This document shows positions 43,342 to 52,330 of a stretch of DNA of 64,000 nucleotides, one piece after another. Each line of letters starts with the position of its first letter. The stretch's first letter is position 1. The notes under the pieces were generated by a model that searched no databases, was not told where the DNA came from, and saw nothing but the letters and a program-made list of their open reading frames with translations. The position numbers and the translations under genes are program-made. This stretch comes from Bacteroidales bacterium (GTDB lineage: Bacteria; Bacteroidota; Bacteroidia; Bacteroidales; UBA932). The stretch spans positions 7,327 to 71,326 of the forward strand of contig JAEEJZ010000079.1 in the NCBI GenBank assembly GCA_016282145.1, read 5' to 3'.

Positions 43342-43890
43342 ATGAAAAAGAAATTCAGATGTATGGTCTGCGGCTATGTTTACGAGGGTGAGAATCCCCC
43401 CGCAGAATGCCCCCAGTGCCACGCAAAATCAGAGAAGTTCGCGGAAATCAAGTCCGAGGGCCTGAACTGGGCCTGTGAGCATAAACTGGGCGACGGCCGC
43501 GTCGAGGATGCGGAGATCATGCAGGGACTGCACGACCACTTCAACGGCGAATGCTCCGAAGTGGGTATGTACCTCGCGATGAGCCGCCAGGCGGACCGCG
43601 AGGGCTACCCCGAAGTCGCCGAGGCCTTCAAGCGTTACGCCTGGGAAGAGGCCGAGCACGCCGCCAAGTTCGCCGAACTGCTGGGCGAGATCGTCTGGGA
43701 CACCAAGACCAATGTCAAGAAGCGTATGGAAGCCGAGTGCGGAGCCTGCGAAGGCAAACTCGAAATCGCCAAGCGCGCCAAGGCGCTGGGCTACGATGCC
43801 ATCCATGACACCGTCCACGAAATGGCCAAGGACGAAGCCCGCCACGGCGCCGGCTTCCAGGGCCTTTGGAAGCGTTTCTTCGAGAAATAA
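43342..43890 (+). CDS. rbr: Reverse rubrerythrin (N-terminal rubredoxin-like CxxC...CxxC, C-terminal ferritin-like di-iron domain)
   Basis: 182-aa ORF with [10 protein letters not shown]...CPQCHA at the N-terminus, followed by [16 protein letters not shown] and EARHG di-iron ligand motifs. Confidence 0.88.
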   Translation: MKKKFRCMVCGYVYEGENPPAECPQCHAKSEKFAEIKSEGLNWACEHKLGDGRVEDAEIMQGLHDHFNGECSEVGMYLAMSRQADREGYPEVAEAFKRYAWEEAEHAAKFAELLGEIVWDTKTNVKKRMEAECGACEGKLEIAKRAKALGYDAIHDTVHEMAKDEARHGAGFQGLWKRFFEK

Positions 43891-44280
43891 TCAGTCTTCC
43901 TCCAGAAAGGAAAGAAGGGCGCCCATCATACGGCGCTCTTTTTTTGTCGGACGGCCGGCACCGCGGTCCCGTTGAGGAACGGCGGCCAGCATCGGCGAAC
44001 GAAACTTCTCCTTTTCCTCTTCCGGCGTACAATCCTCTAAAAATTGCGGAACAAGTGCCGCGCCGATACGATGTTCCGTAAGCCCCAATACCTTATAACT
44101 GAACAGGGCTATCCCTTTTCGCACAGCAAGCAGATCTCCGGGATTCACCGTCTTGGAAGGCTTGGCATTGTAGCCATTCACTTGCACCTTCCCCGCCGTG
44201 CAGGCCTGTGCGGCATCCGTGCGGGTCTTAAAAATCCGCACAGCCCAAAGGTATTTGTCTATCCTGAGGTTCTCCGGCAT
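43891..44280 (-). CDS. S4-domain RNA-binding protein, Hsp15-like
   Basis: 129-aa ORF. LRIDKYLWAVRIFKTRTDAAQACTAGKVQVNG is an S4 alpha-L motif. Size and the basic C-terminus resemble Hsp15/HslR. Confidence 0.7.
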   Translation of the reverse strand: MPENLRIDKYLWAVRIFKTRTDAAQACTAGKVQVNGYNAKPSKTVNPGDLLAVRKGIALFSYKVLGLTEHRIGAALVPQFLEDCTPEEEKEKFRSPMLAAVPQRDRGAGRPTKKERRMMGALLSFLEED

Positions 44281-44852
44281 TAGTCCAGGTACATTCCGGA
44301 ACGCACACGGGCAGCCGCGTCGGGACCCTTGACGGCCGCAAGGATGGCCAGTCCGAACTCCGTCGCATAACCCGGTCCCCTTCCGGTGATGATACGGCCG
44401 CTGGTCTGGGTACCGGCGGCAGTATATATCGCCCCCTTCGAGAGCATCGGCGTCTCAAAGCCTTCATAGCAGGTGAAGTGCACGCCCGAAACTTCTTCGA
44501 GCTGCGAAAGCACCAGCCCCGGTGCGGCGCAAATCGCCGCAAGGGTACCGCCTGCCGCATAATGCTCGCGCATAAGACGCATCAGGGTCTTGTTCTCCGC
44601 CAGGTTACGGGCTCCGGGCATTCCGCCCGGGAAAATCATCATATCGGCGGCGCTGATTCCCGCAGGGGATGTCTCCAACTCCGAAAGGAAGGCATCGGGG
44701 CCCACGGCGATGCCGTGCGCGGACATCACCACCGGTTCTTCTTCAATCGCCACCAGACGGGCATCCAGCCCGCCCCGGCGAAGTACATCGCAGGGAGCAA
44801 GCGCCTCGACGGGCTCGAAGCCCTCCGCTAAAAAAACATGGACTCCTTTCAT
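44280..44852 (-). CDS. DJ-1/PfpI (ThiJ) family protein
   Basis: ORF 44280..44963. The ATG at 44852 gives MKGVHVFLAEGFEPVEALAPCDVLRRGG. The nucleophile-elbow motif AAICAAPG is present. Confidence 0.8.
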   Translation of the reverse strand: MKGVHVFLAEGFEPVEALAPCDVLRRGGLDARLVAIEEEPVVMSAHGIAVGPDAFLSELETSPAGISAADMMIFPGGMPGARNLAENKTLMRLMREHYAAGGTLAAICAAPGLVLSQLEEVSGVHFTCYEGFETPMLSKGAIYTAAGTQTSGRIITGRGPGYATEFGLAILAAVKGPDAAARVRSGMYLD

Positions 44853-44890
44853 AAAATAACGCGTTTCTGCGAAGATAAGCATTTTTGACT

Positions 44891-44898
44891 TATCTTTG
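44891..44898 (+). promoter_or_regulatory. Candidate -7-type box TATCTTTG for the PMI-like gene
   Basis: Matches TAnnTTTG, 24 nt upstream of the ATG at 44923. Confidence 0.35.
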
Positions 44899-44922
44899 CG
44901 GGCGGTACGACAAAACGAAAGC

Positions 44923-45852
44923 ATGGAAGACAAGAAACTATACCCGATGCGGCTCCTGGGCACGGAGCGCGGCTATATGGAAACCCTGATCGGAGGAGGC
45001 TGGCTGGGCGGCACTTCCCTGGATGAGCTGATGGAACTCTACATGGACCGCGTCACGGGAGAGGATGTCTTCCGCTGGTACGGCCTGCTCTTCCCGGTCC
45101 AGATGCGGCGACTCCGCTTCGAGGAAGGCATGCCGCTGACCGTACATCCCGGCGACGAGGTCGCCCAGGCCCGCTACGATGCCCTGGGCAAGGAAAAATG
45201 GTGGTATATCCTCCAGGCGGCCCCCGGCGCCCGCCTGCAACTGGGCCTGAAGAAGGACTGTGACGCCACCACCCTGTGGGAAGCCCTGAACGGCGGAAAG
45301 GCCGGCGAAATCCTGCATACGGTCACGCCCCGTGGGGGCGAGGCCTATCCCATCCCCGCCGGGACGATCCACGGCATCGAGGGAGATATAGAGCTCATCG
45401 AGGTCTGCCAGTCGTCGGAACTGGATTTCCGTCTGCCGGAAATGCTGGAAGACGCCCTGGATTTCATCGATTACCGCCCGTACAAGAAGGAGAACGGCGC
45501 AGTGGCCCCCGCCCTGCTGCAACTCCCCCAGTTCAGCATCTCACGGCTTCCCCTGAGCCAGCCTCTGCAGATCCGGGGTGCCATCACCGACGCCTATACC
45601 CTGCTCTACGCCCTGGAAGGCGCCTTTACGCTGACAACGGAAAACGGAGAAGTCACGCAGGTCCCCCAGGACGGCATTCTGCTCGTCCCGGCCGAAGTGG
45701 GTGATTACAAGCTTGCGCCCGCCGGGTCAGACTGTACCCTGCTGGCGGTCACGACCGAGCGTCGGGAGGAGAGCGATGACATAACCTACCAGGGCGACCC
45801 CGACAGCGATGCCGACAAGATCCAGCCCGGAAAGGCTGACCGGATAAGCTGA
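44923..45852 (+). CDS. Type I phosphomannose isomerase-like cupin protein
   Basis: ORF 44896..45852. The ATG at 44923 gives MEDKKLYPMRL. LTVHPGDE and KEKWWYILQA resemble class I mannose-6-phosphate isomerases. The last ~40 aa are low-complexity and overlap the convergent lolE-like gene. Confidence 0.6.
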   Translation: MEDKKLYPMRLLGTERGYMETLIGGGWLGGTSLDELMELYMDRVTGEDVFRWYGLLFPVQMRRLRFEEGMPLTVHPGDEVAQARYDALGKEKWWYILQAAPGARLQLGLKKDCDATTLWEALNGGKAGEILHTVTPRGGEAYPIPAGTIHGIEGDIELIEVCQSSELDFRLPEMLEDALDFIDYRPYKKENGAVAPALLQLPQFSISRLPLSQPLQIRGAITDAYTLLYALEGAFTLTTENGEVTQVPQDGILLVPAEVGDYKLAPAGSDCTLLAVTTERREESDDITYQGDPDSDADKIQPGKADRIS

Positions 45853-46950
45853 CACCAGGAAATTCCCCGGCATACGGATGAAGCCCGTCGCCTGCTGCAG
45901 CAGCACCAGGCCGGTTCCCAGCACCAGGCCGACAGCCAGGCCGAGCAGCGAAATCAGCCAACCCTCCAGCACGAAAATCCGGCGGATCAGCGCGGGCGTA
46001 GCCCCCATCGCCGCAAAGATGCGGATATCCTCGCGCTTCTCGAGCATCAGCATAGACAGCGCTCCGAAGATATTGAACGCGATAATCAGCACCACGAACA
46101 GCAGGATCAGGTAGATGGCCGCCTTCTCGAAGCGCATCATACGGTAAAGCGTCTCGTGCTGCGCGTAGCGGTCCTTGAAGACCAGTCCGGGAGTATCGGC
46201 CCAGTCGCGGATGAAGCGGCGCGCCGCCCGGTCTCCCTTTTCGACGAGCGCCAGTTCCAGCGCACTCACCCGTCCCGGCTGCGCCTCGCTTTCCAGCAGC
46301 CGTTCCATCAGCTCGAAAGGCAGGATGACGAGTTTCGCATCCACGTCAGCGCTGATGGAGAAGAGCGACGATACCCCAAGTTTTTCGCTTCGCATCGACG
46401 CAGCGGGATTTCGCGGCGATATCTGCGCATCCGGATCGGGGAACCAGAGTTCGAGCGGAGTCAGGAACTGCGGGCGGATGCCGGCATTCCAGGCCAGGGC
46501 CGCTCCCGCCGAGGCCAGCGGCTTCTCGCCACGCCACAGGGCAAACTCACCTGCCGTGCAGTGACGGGGCAGGCCGGAACGCTCTGCGAAGCCCTCATCG
46601 ACGCCTTTGGCAAAGACGAGCGCCTGGGCATCGCCATAGCGCAAAAAGACATTTTCCTCGAGCACGGGACCCCAGGAGGCGACGCGTCCGTCCGCGGCAA
46701 GGGCCTGCTTCAGCGAGTCCGAAGGCACGAAGAACTTAGCTTCGCGCGCTTCGATGCGCACTTGCGGGTCCAGGTCCGAAAGGTTCTCGCGGACCAGGGC
46801 GTCGAAGCCGTTATACACCGACAGGATCACGACGAGCGCCGCCGTCCCCACGGCCATGCCCGCGGCACTTACCGCAGAAATGATATTGATGACATTGTGC
46901 GATTTACGCGCAAAAAGATAGCGCAGGGCGATGAAGAGCGGCAGCCTCAC
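45727..46950 (-). CDS. FtsX/LolC/LolE-family ABC transporter permease
   Basis: 407-aa ORF. The N-terminus MRLPLFIALRYLFARKSHNVINIISAVSAAGMAVGTAALVVILSVYNGF is typical of LolC/E-like permeases. Four predicted TM segments with a large loop. Confidence 0.8.
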   Translation of the reverse strand: MRLPLFIALRYLFARKSHNVINIISAVSAAGMAVGTAALVVILSVYNGFDALVRENLSDLDPQVRIEAREAKFFVPSDSLKQALAADGRVASWGPVLEENVFLRYGDAQALVFAKGVDEGFAERSGLPRHCTAGEFALWRGEKPLASAGAALAWNAGIRPQFLTPLELWFPDPDAQISPRNPAASMRSEKLGVSSLFSISADVDAKLVILPFELMERLLESEAQPGRVSALELALVEKGDRAARRFIRDWADTPGLVFKDRYAQHETLYRMMRFEKAAIYLILLFVVLIIAFNIFGALSMLMLEKREDIRIFAAMGATPALIRRIFVLEGWLISLLGLAVGLVLGTGLVLLQQATGFIRMPGNFLVSAYPVSLSGLDLVGIAVGVALVGYVIALLPTLGRDRQQGTV

Positions 46951-47294
46951 TGCTTCAACAGGGCGTCAATGTGCTCCGCGTAATCGAGGCTGGTATCGAG
47001 GAAGAAGGTCAGTTCGGGCACGATGCGCAGTTGCGACGCCACCTTGCGGCCGAGTTCCCCGCGATACGCGCGGGCATTCTCTTCCAGCATCGGCATCACG
47101 GAATACGCCTTGTCCGAGGGGAAGATGCTCACATAGACCTTCGCCACGGAAAGATCCGGGCTGATGCGCACCTCGCTGACGCTCACCATGGCACCGCCAA
47201 AGACAGCCATCCCCTTGCTGCGGATGATTTCCGCAAGGTCGCGCTGCAGTTCTCTGGCCACGCGGAGCTGACGGGTGGTCGGGGCCTTGTCCAT
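46947..47294 (-). CDS. rbfA: Ribosome-binding factor A
   Basis: 115-aa ORF. RVARELQRDLAEII and VSEVRISPDLSVAKVYVS match RbfA. Confidence 0.88.
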   Translation of the reverse strand: MDKAPTTRQLRVARELQRDLAEIIRSKGMAVFGGAMVSVSEVRISPDLSVAKVYVSIFPSDKAYSVMPMLEENARAYRGELGRKVASQLRIVPELTFFLDTSLDYAEHIDALLKQ

Positions 47295-47296
47295 GG

Positions 47297-48589
47297 CTAT
47301 TTGACTTTGATGATATAGTAATCCTTCTTACCCTTCTGGGCCAGGATGTATTTTCCGTCGATGATGTCCGCCTCCGTGAGCTGTCCCATCGGATCCGTCC
47401 GCTTTTCCTTGTTGATGGAGAAGCCGTTGCCCTGAATCATCTTGCGGGCCTCCCCCTTGGAAGGGAAGATGGCCGTCTCCACCGCCAGGGCGTCGAGCAG
47501 GCCGAGCGGGAGGGCGGAGCGTTCGATCTCGAAGGTGGGAACCCCGTCGAATACGGCGAGGAAGGTCTTCTCGTCCAGGGCGCGCAGGTCATCCGCCGTC
47601 GCCTTGCCGAAAAGCATCGCAGAGGCCTTCAGCGCATTCTCGTACTCCTTCTCCCCGTGGACCATCACCGTCACCTCGCGGGCCAGCAGTTTCTGGAGCG
47701 AGCGCTGCTCGGGGCAGGCGCGGTGCTCCGCAATCGCCGCCTCGATGGTCGGACGGTCGAGCATCGTGAAGATCTTGATATAGCGCTCGGCATCCTCATC
47801 GCTCACGTTCAGCCAGAACTGGTAGAACTGGTAGGGCGTGGTGCGCTCGGCGTCGAGCCAGACATTTCCTTTCTCGGTCTTGCCGAACTTGCCGCCGTCA
47901 GCCTTCGTAATGAGCGGGCAGGTCAGCGCATGCGCTTCCTCGCCAAGCACCCGGCGGATCAGTTCCGTTCCTGTGGTGATGTTCCCCCACTGGTCCGCGC
48001 CGCCGAGTTGCAGCCGCACGTTGCAGTGCTGGAAAAGGTAGAGGAAATCGTAGCCCTGAAGCAGCTGGTAGGAGAATTCCGTGAAGGACATACCTTCGGA
48101 GGAATCGCGCTGGAGACGCTTCTTCACCGAATCCTTGCTCATCATGTAATTGACGGTGATGAGCTTGCCGATGTCGCGGGTGAAATCGATGAAGGTGTAG
48201 TCCTTCATCCAGTCATAGTTGTTCACCAGTTCCGCCTTGTTGGGGGCGTCCGACTGGAAGTCCAGGAAACGGCCCAGCTGGGCCTTGATGCACTCCACGT
48301 TGTGGGCGAGCGTCGCTTCGTCCAGAAGGTTGCGCTCGGCACTTTTCATCGACGGGTCGCCGATCATGCCCGTAGCACCTCCCACCAGCGCATAGGGCTT
48401 GTGCCCGCAGGCCTGGAAGTGCTTCAGGATCATGATACTGACAAGGTGTCCGATGTGCAGGCTGTCTCCCGTGGGGTCGATGCCGACATAGGCGGCCACG
48501 GGACCCTTCATCAGTTCCTGCTCGGCATTCGGGGTGATGTTGTGGATCATCCCGCGCCACTTCAACTCTTCTACGAAATTTTTAACCAT
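47297..48589 (-). CDS. tyrS: Tyrosine--tRNA ligase
   Basis: ORF 47297..48634. The ATG at 48589 gives [17 protein letters not shown]. It has DSLHIGHL (HIGH), KFGKTEKG (KMSKS) and a C-terminal S4 domain. The longer ORF start would overlap the tRNA. Confidence 0.95.
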   Translation of the reverse strand: MVKNFVEELKWRGMIHNITPNAEQELMKGPVAAYVGIDPTGDSLHIGHLVSIMILKHFQACGHKPYALVGGATGMIGDPSMKSAERNLLDEATLAHNVECIKAQLGRFLDFQSDAPNKAELVNNYDWMKDYTFIDFTRDIGKLITVNYMMSKDSVKKRLQRDSSEGMSFTEFSYQLLQGYDFLYLFQHCNVRLQLGGADQWGNITTGTELIRRVLGEEAHALTCPLITKADGGKFGKTEKGNVWLDAERTTPYQFYQFWLNVSDEDAERYIKIFTMLDRPTIEAAIAEHRACPEQRSLQKLLAREVTVMVHGEKEYENALKASAMLFGKATADDLRALDEKTFLAVFDGVPTFEIERSALPLGLLDALAVETAIFPSKGEARKMIQGNGFSINKEKRTDPMGQLTEADIIDGKYILAQKGKKDYYIIKVK

Positions 48590-48590
48590 G

Positions 48591-48677
48591 CGGAGAGACG
48601 GGGATTCGAACCCCGGGAGCCCATAAGAGCTCAACAGTTTTCGAGACTGCCCCGATCGACCACTCCGGCATCTCTCC
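48591..48677 (-). tRNA. tRNA-Ser (anticodon CGA), 87 nt, long variable arm, no encoded CCA
   Basis: Manual cloverleaf. The acceptor GGAGAGA pairs with TCTCTCC, with discriminator G. The anticodon stem-loop is GCAGT-CTCGAAA-ACTGT. The variable arm is GAGCTC..GGGCTC and the T-arm is CGGGG-TTCGAAT-CCCCG. Confidence 0.9.
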
Positions 48678-48688
48678 TGTTAGGGCTG

Positions 48689-48696
48689 CAAATATA
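48689..48696 (-). promoter_or_regulatory. -7-type promoter box TATATTTG (minus strand) upstream of tRNA-Ser and tyrS
   Basis: The plus strand reads CAAATATA, 11 nt upstream of the tRNA 5' end. Confidence 0.45.
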
Positions 48697-48722
48697 GGTA
48701 TATTTTCGCAGAGATAAAATAC

Positions 48723-49742
48723 CTATACTACCTCCCAGGTGGAACCGCTGCGGAGCAGTTCGTCCACGCAATGGACCTTCGCCTTTGCGCTGACTTCCTC
48801 CACCTGACGGTTGACCCCCTTGTCGTAGGTATCCGCCGCGACGTCACGCAGGATGCCCAGGGCGACCGGGAAATCGGGTCCCTTCATCTCGGCGAGCATC
48901 AACTGCAGGCCGGGGTCGGCACAGTGGGCGTCGTGGGTAAGGATATCGGCTTCGGTGATACCGTTCTCCCCTATGGTGACGACCTTGAGTTGCATGCCGT
49001 CCAGCACCAGACCCTTGTCGCGATTCGCGCCGAAGATCATCTTTTCGCCGTGACGCAGCACGATCGTACGGTCCGCCTTGACGGCCGGGTCGGAAATCTC
49101 GCGGTGCGTACCGTCGTTGAAGATGACGCAGTTGGTAAGCATCTCCATCACGGACGTGCCCTTGTGACGGGCCGCCTCCACCATGATTTCCTCATTGAGT
49201 TTGAGATCCATGTCCAGGGAGCGGGCGAAGAAGGTTCCCTTGGCGCCGATCACCAGCGAGCCGGGATTGAAAGGCGGCTCCACCGTCCCGTAGGGCGAGG
49301 TCTTGGTAATCGCCCCCAGTTTGGAGGTCGGGGAATACTGTCCCTTCGTCAGACCGTAGATACGGTTGTTGAAGAGCACGATATTGATATCGATGTTCCT
49401 GCGGATGGCATGGATGAAATGGTTGCCGCCGATGGCCAGCGCATCACCGTCGCCGCAGGCCTGCCAGACCGAAAGTTCCGGCCGCGCCACCTTGATGCCG
49501 GTGGAAATGGCCGTCGCCCTGCCGTGAATGCTATGGAAGCCGTAGGTATCCATATAATAAGGCAGACGGGACGAGCATCCGATGCCCGACACCACGACAA
49601 ACTTTTCCTTGGGGAGTTTCTCTTCCTCGCTGACCGAGGGAAGCGCACGCTGCAGTGCAGCCAGCACCGCGTGGTCACCGCAACCGGGGCACCAGCGTAC
49701 TTCCTGGTTGCTCTTAAAATCCTTTGCTGTATATTGTCCCAT
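48723..49742 (-). CDS. korB: 2-oxoglutarate (2-oxoacid):ferredoxin oxidoreductase, beta subunit
   Basis: ORF 48723..49814. The ATG at 49742 gives MGQYTAKDFKSNQEVRWCPGCGDH, followed by the TPP-binding motif GDGDALAIGGNHF. It starts 2 nt after the korA stop. Confidence 0.9.
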   Translation of the reverse strand: MGQYTAKDFKSNQEVRWCPGCGDHAVLAALQRALPSVSEEEKLPKEKFVVVSGIGCSSRLPYYMDTYGFHSIHGRATAISTGIKVARPELSVWQACGDGDALAIGGNHFIHAIRRNIDINIVLFNNRIYGLTKGQYSPTSKLGAITKTSPYGTVEPPFNPGSLVIGAKGTFFARSLDMDLKLNEEIMVEAARHKGTSVMEMLTNCVIFNDGTHREISDPAVKADRTIVLRHGEKMIFGANRDKGLVLDGMQLKVVTIGENGITEADILTHDAHCADPGLQLMLAEMKGPDFPVALGILRDVAADTYDKGVNRQVEEVSAKAKVHCVDELLRSGSTWEVV

Positions 49743-49744
49743 AA

Positions 49745-51580
49745 CTACATCTCCTTTTGAATGGCCTCTACGATTTCCGTAACCAGGAACGGCTGTCCCT
49801 GGACCTTGTTGCACTGGCGGATATCCACCCCGGGGAACAGGCCGCGCAGGTAACGCGCGAACTGGCCGGAATTGAGTTCGCAGACCAGTACTTTCTCAAA
49901 CGAGGAAAGCACCTCGCCCGTATTCGCGGGCAAAGGCAGGATATAGTCAAAATGGGCGAAGGAAACGCCTTCGACCTCGCTCACGGCGCTGAGGATATGC
50001 CCGTAGGTGCCGCCCCAGCCCACGACCAGGAGTTTTCCGGACTGCGGACCGCGGACCTTCAGCGGCGGCAGGCTGGACGCGATGCGCTGGACTTTCTCCG
50101 CGCGCTCCGCCACCATCTGCGCGTGATTGGCCGGATCCGTGGACAGCACGCCGGCGTGGTTCTTCTCCAGACCGCCGACCCGGTGCTCATAGCCCTTGGT
50201 GCCGGGCACGGCCCAGCGGCGCACCAGCGTCTCGGGATCGCGCTCGAAAGGACGGAACTTTTCGCCTTCGGCGAGTTCTCCGCTCACGAAGGGCGGCACG
50301 ATGGCCGGATAATCCTTCATGGAAGGGATGCGCCAGGGCTCGCTGCCATTGCCGAGGAAGCCCTCGGAGAGCAGCAGCACGGGCGTCATATGCTCCAGGG
50401 CGATCTTCGCCGCATTGAAAGCGGCATCGAAGCAGTTGCCCGGAGAATGGGCGGCGACGACCGGCATCGGGCACTCGCCGTTACGGCCGTAGAGCGCCTG
50501 GTCGAGGTCGGTCTGCTCGGTCTTGGTAGGAAGGCCCGTCGAAGGCCCGCCGCGCTGCACGTCCACCACCACGAGCGGCAGTTCAGCCATCACCGCCAGT
50601 CCCATCGCCTCGCTCTTAAGGGAGATACCGGGACCGGAAGTGGTCGTAGCGGCCAGCTGTCCCGCATAGGAGGCGCCGATGGCCGTACAGATGCCGGCGA
50701 TTTCGTCTTCGGCCTGCATCGTCCGTACGTTCAGGTTCTTGTGGAGCGCCAGTTCCTCCAGGATCGCCGTAGCGGGCGTAATCGGGTAGGAACCGCAGAA
50801 CAGCGGCAGTCCGGATTTCTCCGAAGCCGCGATCAGGCCCCAGGCAGTCGCCTGGTTGCCGGTGATGTTGCGGTACGTGCCCTTGGGCAGGTCCGCCGCC
50901 TTGGCAACCGCGTAGGTATTGGGAATGGCCTGGATGTTCGCAGCGTAGTTGAATCCGTCATTGAGCACCTTCTTATTAGGAGCGATGACCTCCGGATGCT
51001 TCTTGGAGAACTTCTTCTCCAGATACTGGTAGATGTACTCGAGCGGACGGCTGTAGATGTAGCAGGCCATGCCGAGCGTGAACATGTTCTTGCATTTGAG
51101 GATGGCCTTCTGGTCCATTCCGCTGTCCTTGAGGCTTTCCTTGGTCAGCGTGGTGATGGGTGCGACGATGAGCGTGCGGTCCTCTACGTGGAGTTCCTCG
51201 AAGGGATTCTCCGTCGTAAAGCCCGCTTTTTTCATTCCCGCCTCATCGAAGGCATCGTCGTCCACCAGGATCATCGCCGTGGGCTTGCACCACTTGGCGT
51301 TGGCCTTGAGGGCGGCCGGATTCATCGCGACCAGCAGATCGCAAAAATCACCGGGAGTGTTGACGGAGCCGTCGCCGATATGCACCTGGAAACCGGAAAC
51401 TCCGGAGACGGTGCCGTGCGGCGCACGGATTTCCGCCGGATAATCAGGGAAGGTCGAAAGTCCGTTGCCGTAGATGGCGGACATATCGGCGAAAAGGGAC
51501 CCGGTCAGCTGCATACCATCCCCGGAGTCCCCCGCAAACCTGATTACGACGTCTTTAACATCAATAACCTTGTTCTGCAT
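49745..51580 (-). CDS. korA: 2-oxoglutarate (2-oxoacid):ferredoxin oxidoreductase, alpha subunit
   Basis: 611-aa ORF with a gamma-like N-terminal domain (RFAGDSGDGMQLTG) fused to an alpha-like domain (YPITPAT). Paired with korB. Confidence 0.9.
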   Translation of the reverse strand: MQNKVIDVKDVVIRFAGDSGDGMQLTGSLFADMSAIYGNGLSTFPDYPAEIRAPHGTVSGVSGFQVHIGDGSVNTPGDFCDLLVAMNPAALKANAKWCKPTAMILVDDDAFDEAGMKKAGFTTENPFEELHVEDRTLIVAPITTLTKESLKDSGMDQKAILKCKNMFTLGMACYIYSRPLEYIYQYLEKKFSKKHPEVIAPNKKVLNDGFNYAANIQAIPNTYAVAKAADLPKGTYRNITGNQATAWGLIAASEKSGLPLFCGSYPITPATAILEELALHKNLNVRTMQAEDEIAGICTAIGASYAGQLAATTTSGPGISLKSEAMGLAVMAELPLVVVDVQRGGPSTGLPTKTEQTDLDQALYGRNGECPMPVVAAHSPGNCFDAAFNAAKIALEHMTPVLLLSEGFLGNGSEPWRIPSMKDYPAIVPPFVSGELAEGEKFRPFERDPETLVRRWAVPGTKGYEHRVGGLEKNHAGVLSTDPANHAQMVAERAEKVQRIASSLPPLKVRGPQSGKLLVVGWGGTYGHILSAVSEVEGVSFAHFDYILPLPANTGEVLSSFEKVLVCELNSGQFARYLRGLFPGVDIRQCNKVQGQPFLVTEIVEAIQKEM

Positions 51581-51659
51581 AGTTAACCAAATTTGTTTAA
51601 CCTAACTATAAATATACTACTACTTTTTTCAACTCTTGGTTGTTCGGCTTCCGTCCTTT

Positions 51660-51743
51660 GAAAAATGGCCTTGCAGCGTTAGGGCGCATTTACCCGGATA
51701 GGGTTGCGAAGCAACAAGCGCTCGCTGCTGCAGGGCATTTTTC
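51660..51743 (-). terminator. Long imperfect hairpin (~84 nt) with A5/T5 flanks; probable terminator after skp
   Basis: The arms GAAAAATGGCCTTGCAGCG (51660..51678) and CGCTGCTGCAGGGCATTTTTC (51723..51743) pair with 2-3 bulges. An inner hairpin GTTGC-GAA-GCAAC lies at 51703..51715. Confidence 0.4.
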
Positions 51744-51758
51744 CAGGAAGTCGAACAA

Positions 51759-52319
51759 CTATTGCTGCGCCTGCTGCTGGGCCTGGAGTTCGGCCTGCAG
51801 GGACTCGAGGGTACGGTCGGCAGGAATGCCGAGTTTCTTGCGGGCCTCGGGCGTGATGTCGGTGCTCTGGGCGGGATCGAAATAGACGAGTCCGTTCACC
51901 TCAAAGACATAGATGTAACCGGCAGCCTTGGCAATTTCCTTGACGACATCCATCGCCTTCTTGTAGATGGGCGCCATCAGTTGCTGCTGCTGTTGCTGCA
52001 GTTCGGTCTGAATGGACTGCTGGAACTCCTGGATGCGGGTCTGGATATCGGTCAGTTCCTTTTCCTTGCTCTCGCGGATGGCCGTCGTCCAGGTCTGTCC
52101 GTTCTGCTCGTATTTCTGGTACTTGGTCTGGAATTCGTCCACCATGGCCTGATAGGTATCCTGGGCCTCTTTGCGGGAAGCCGTCAGGGTAGCACGGGCC
52201 TGGTCGGATTCAGGACAGAGCTGAACCAGTTCTTCGGTATTCACGTGAGCGAACTTCGGCTGGGAAAGTCCGGTCAGGGAGAGAAGTGCCGTAGCAGTGA
52301 TCAAGATTAACTTTTTCAT
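51759..52319 (-). CDS. skp: OmpH/Skp-family periplasmic chaperone
   Basis: 186-aa ORF with a signal peptide and Gln/Glu/Lys-rich coiled-coil sequence. It lies directly downstream of bamA. Confidence 0.85.
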   Translation of the reverse strand: MKKLILITATALLSLTGLSQPKFAHVNTEELVQLCPESDQARATLTASRKEAQDTYQAMVDEFQTKYQKYEQNGQTWTTAIRESKEKELTDIQTRIQEFQQSIQTELQQQQQQLMAPIYKKAMDVVKEIAKAAGYIYVFEVNGLVYFDPAQSTDITPEARKKLGIPADRTLESLQAELQAQQQAQQ

Positions 52320-52330
52320 AACAGTAGAAT

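Noticed and set aside
48590-48634. The longer tyrS ORF that starts at 48634 ([15 protein letters not shown]...).
   Set aside because: It would be translated from the tRNA-Ser sequence. The conserved TyrS N-terminus starts at [13 protein letters not shown] (ATG at 48589).
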